Shown one piece after another: positions 63,429-64,000 of a stretch of 64,000 bases of DNA (its first letter is position 1; the number at the start of each line of letters is the position of its first letter). Under the pieces are notes generated by a model. The model had not been told where the DNA came from. It saw only the letters and a list, made by a program, of their open reading frames with translations, and searched no databases. The stretch spans positions 105,464,001 through 105,528,000 of the forward strand of contig NC_086097.1 of the NCBI RefSeq assembly GCF_963921235.1. Reading direction: 5' to 3'. Made by a program: the position numbers and the translations under genes. This DNA comes from Mobula hypostoma. Lineage: Eukaryota.

Positions 63429-64000
63429 CATAGAAACATAGAAACATAGAAAATAGGTGCAGGAGTAGGCCATTCGGCCCTTCGAGCCTGCACCGCCATT
63501 TATTATGATCATGGCTGATCATCCAACTCAGAACCCCGCCCCAGCCTTCCCTCCATACCCGCTGACCCCTGTAGCCACAAGGGCCATATCTAACTCCCTC
63601 TTAAACATAGCTAATGAACTGGCCTCAACAGTTTCCTGTGGCAGAGAATTCCACAGATTCACCACTCTCTGTGTGACAAGTTTTTCCTAATCTCGGTCCT
63701 AAAAGGCTTCCCCTCTATCCTCAAACTGTGACCCCTCGTTCTGGACTTACCCAACATCGGGAACAATCTTCCTGCATCCAGCCTGTCCAATCCCTTTAGG
63801 ATCTTATACATTTCAATCAGATCCCCCCTCAATCTTCTAAATTCCAACGAGTATAAGCCCAGTTCATCCAGTCTTTCTTCACATGAAAGTCCTGCCATCC
63901 CAGGAATCAATCTGGTGAACCTTCTTTGTACTCCCTCTATGGCAAAGATGTCTTTCCTCAGATTAGGGGACCAAAACTGCACACAATACTCCAGGTGTGG
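63429..64000 (-). mobile_element. CR1 3' part, same family as 33090-33583, runs off the window
   Basis: (CATAGAAA)n tail; ORF 63659..63982 QFWSP...RRLRGDLIE. Confidence 0.92.

Overview
Eukaryotic, gene-free heterochromatin-type window. It is probably from a cartilaginous fish such as a ray; this rests on my recollection of the Penelope and CR1 families present and is unverified. The backbone is a 33-bp tandem satellite (consensus GTTTCCCATTCTGTAATCACCATAGAGTGAACA) that keeps one orientation across 64 kb and accounts for most ORFs in the track, which are spurious. Inserted in it are CR1 LINEs (several families), Rex1/Babar-type LINEs (two families), Penelope-like elements carrying minimal hammerhead ribozymes, two CsRn1-clade Gypsy proviruses (each nested in a LINE), two related solo LTRs and a short non-autonomous retroposon. 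The most notable structure: one solo LTR inserted into the satellite (intact at 18753-19918, 5-bp TSD), was truncated once, and was then amplified with its flanking satellite as a ~2-2.6 kb composite unit. There are 11 further copies between 32.4 and 63.1 kb, each with its own length of an internal 34-bp G-rich minisatellite. No host protein-coding gene, tRNA or rRNA is supported. All coordinates and difference counts are by hand and may be off by a few bases.
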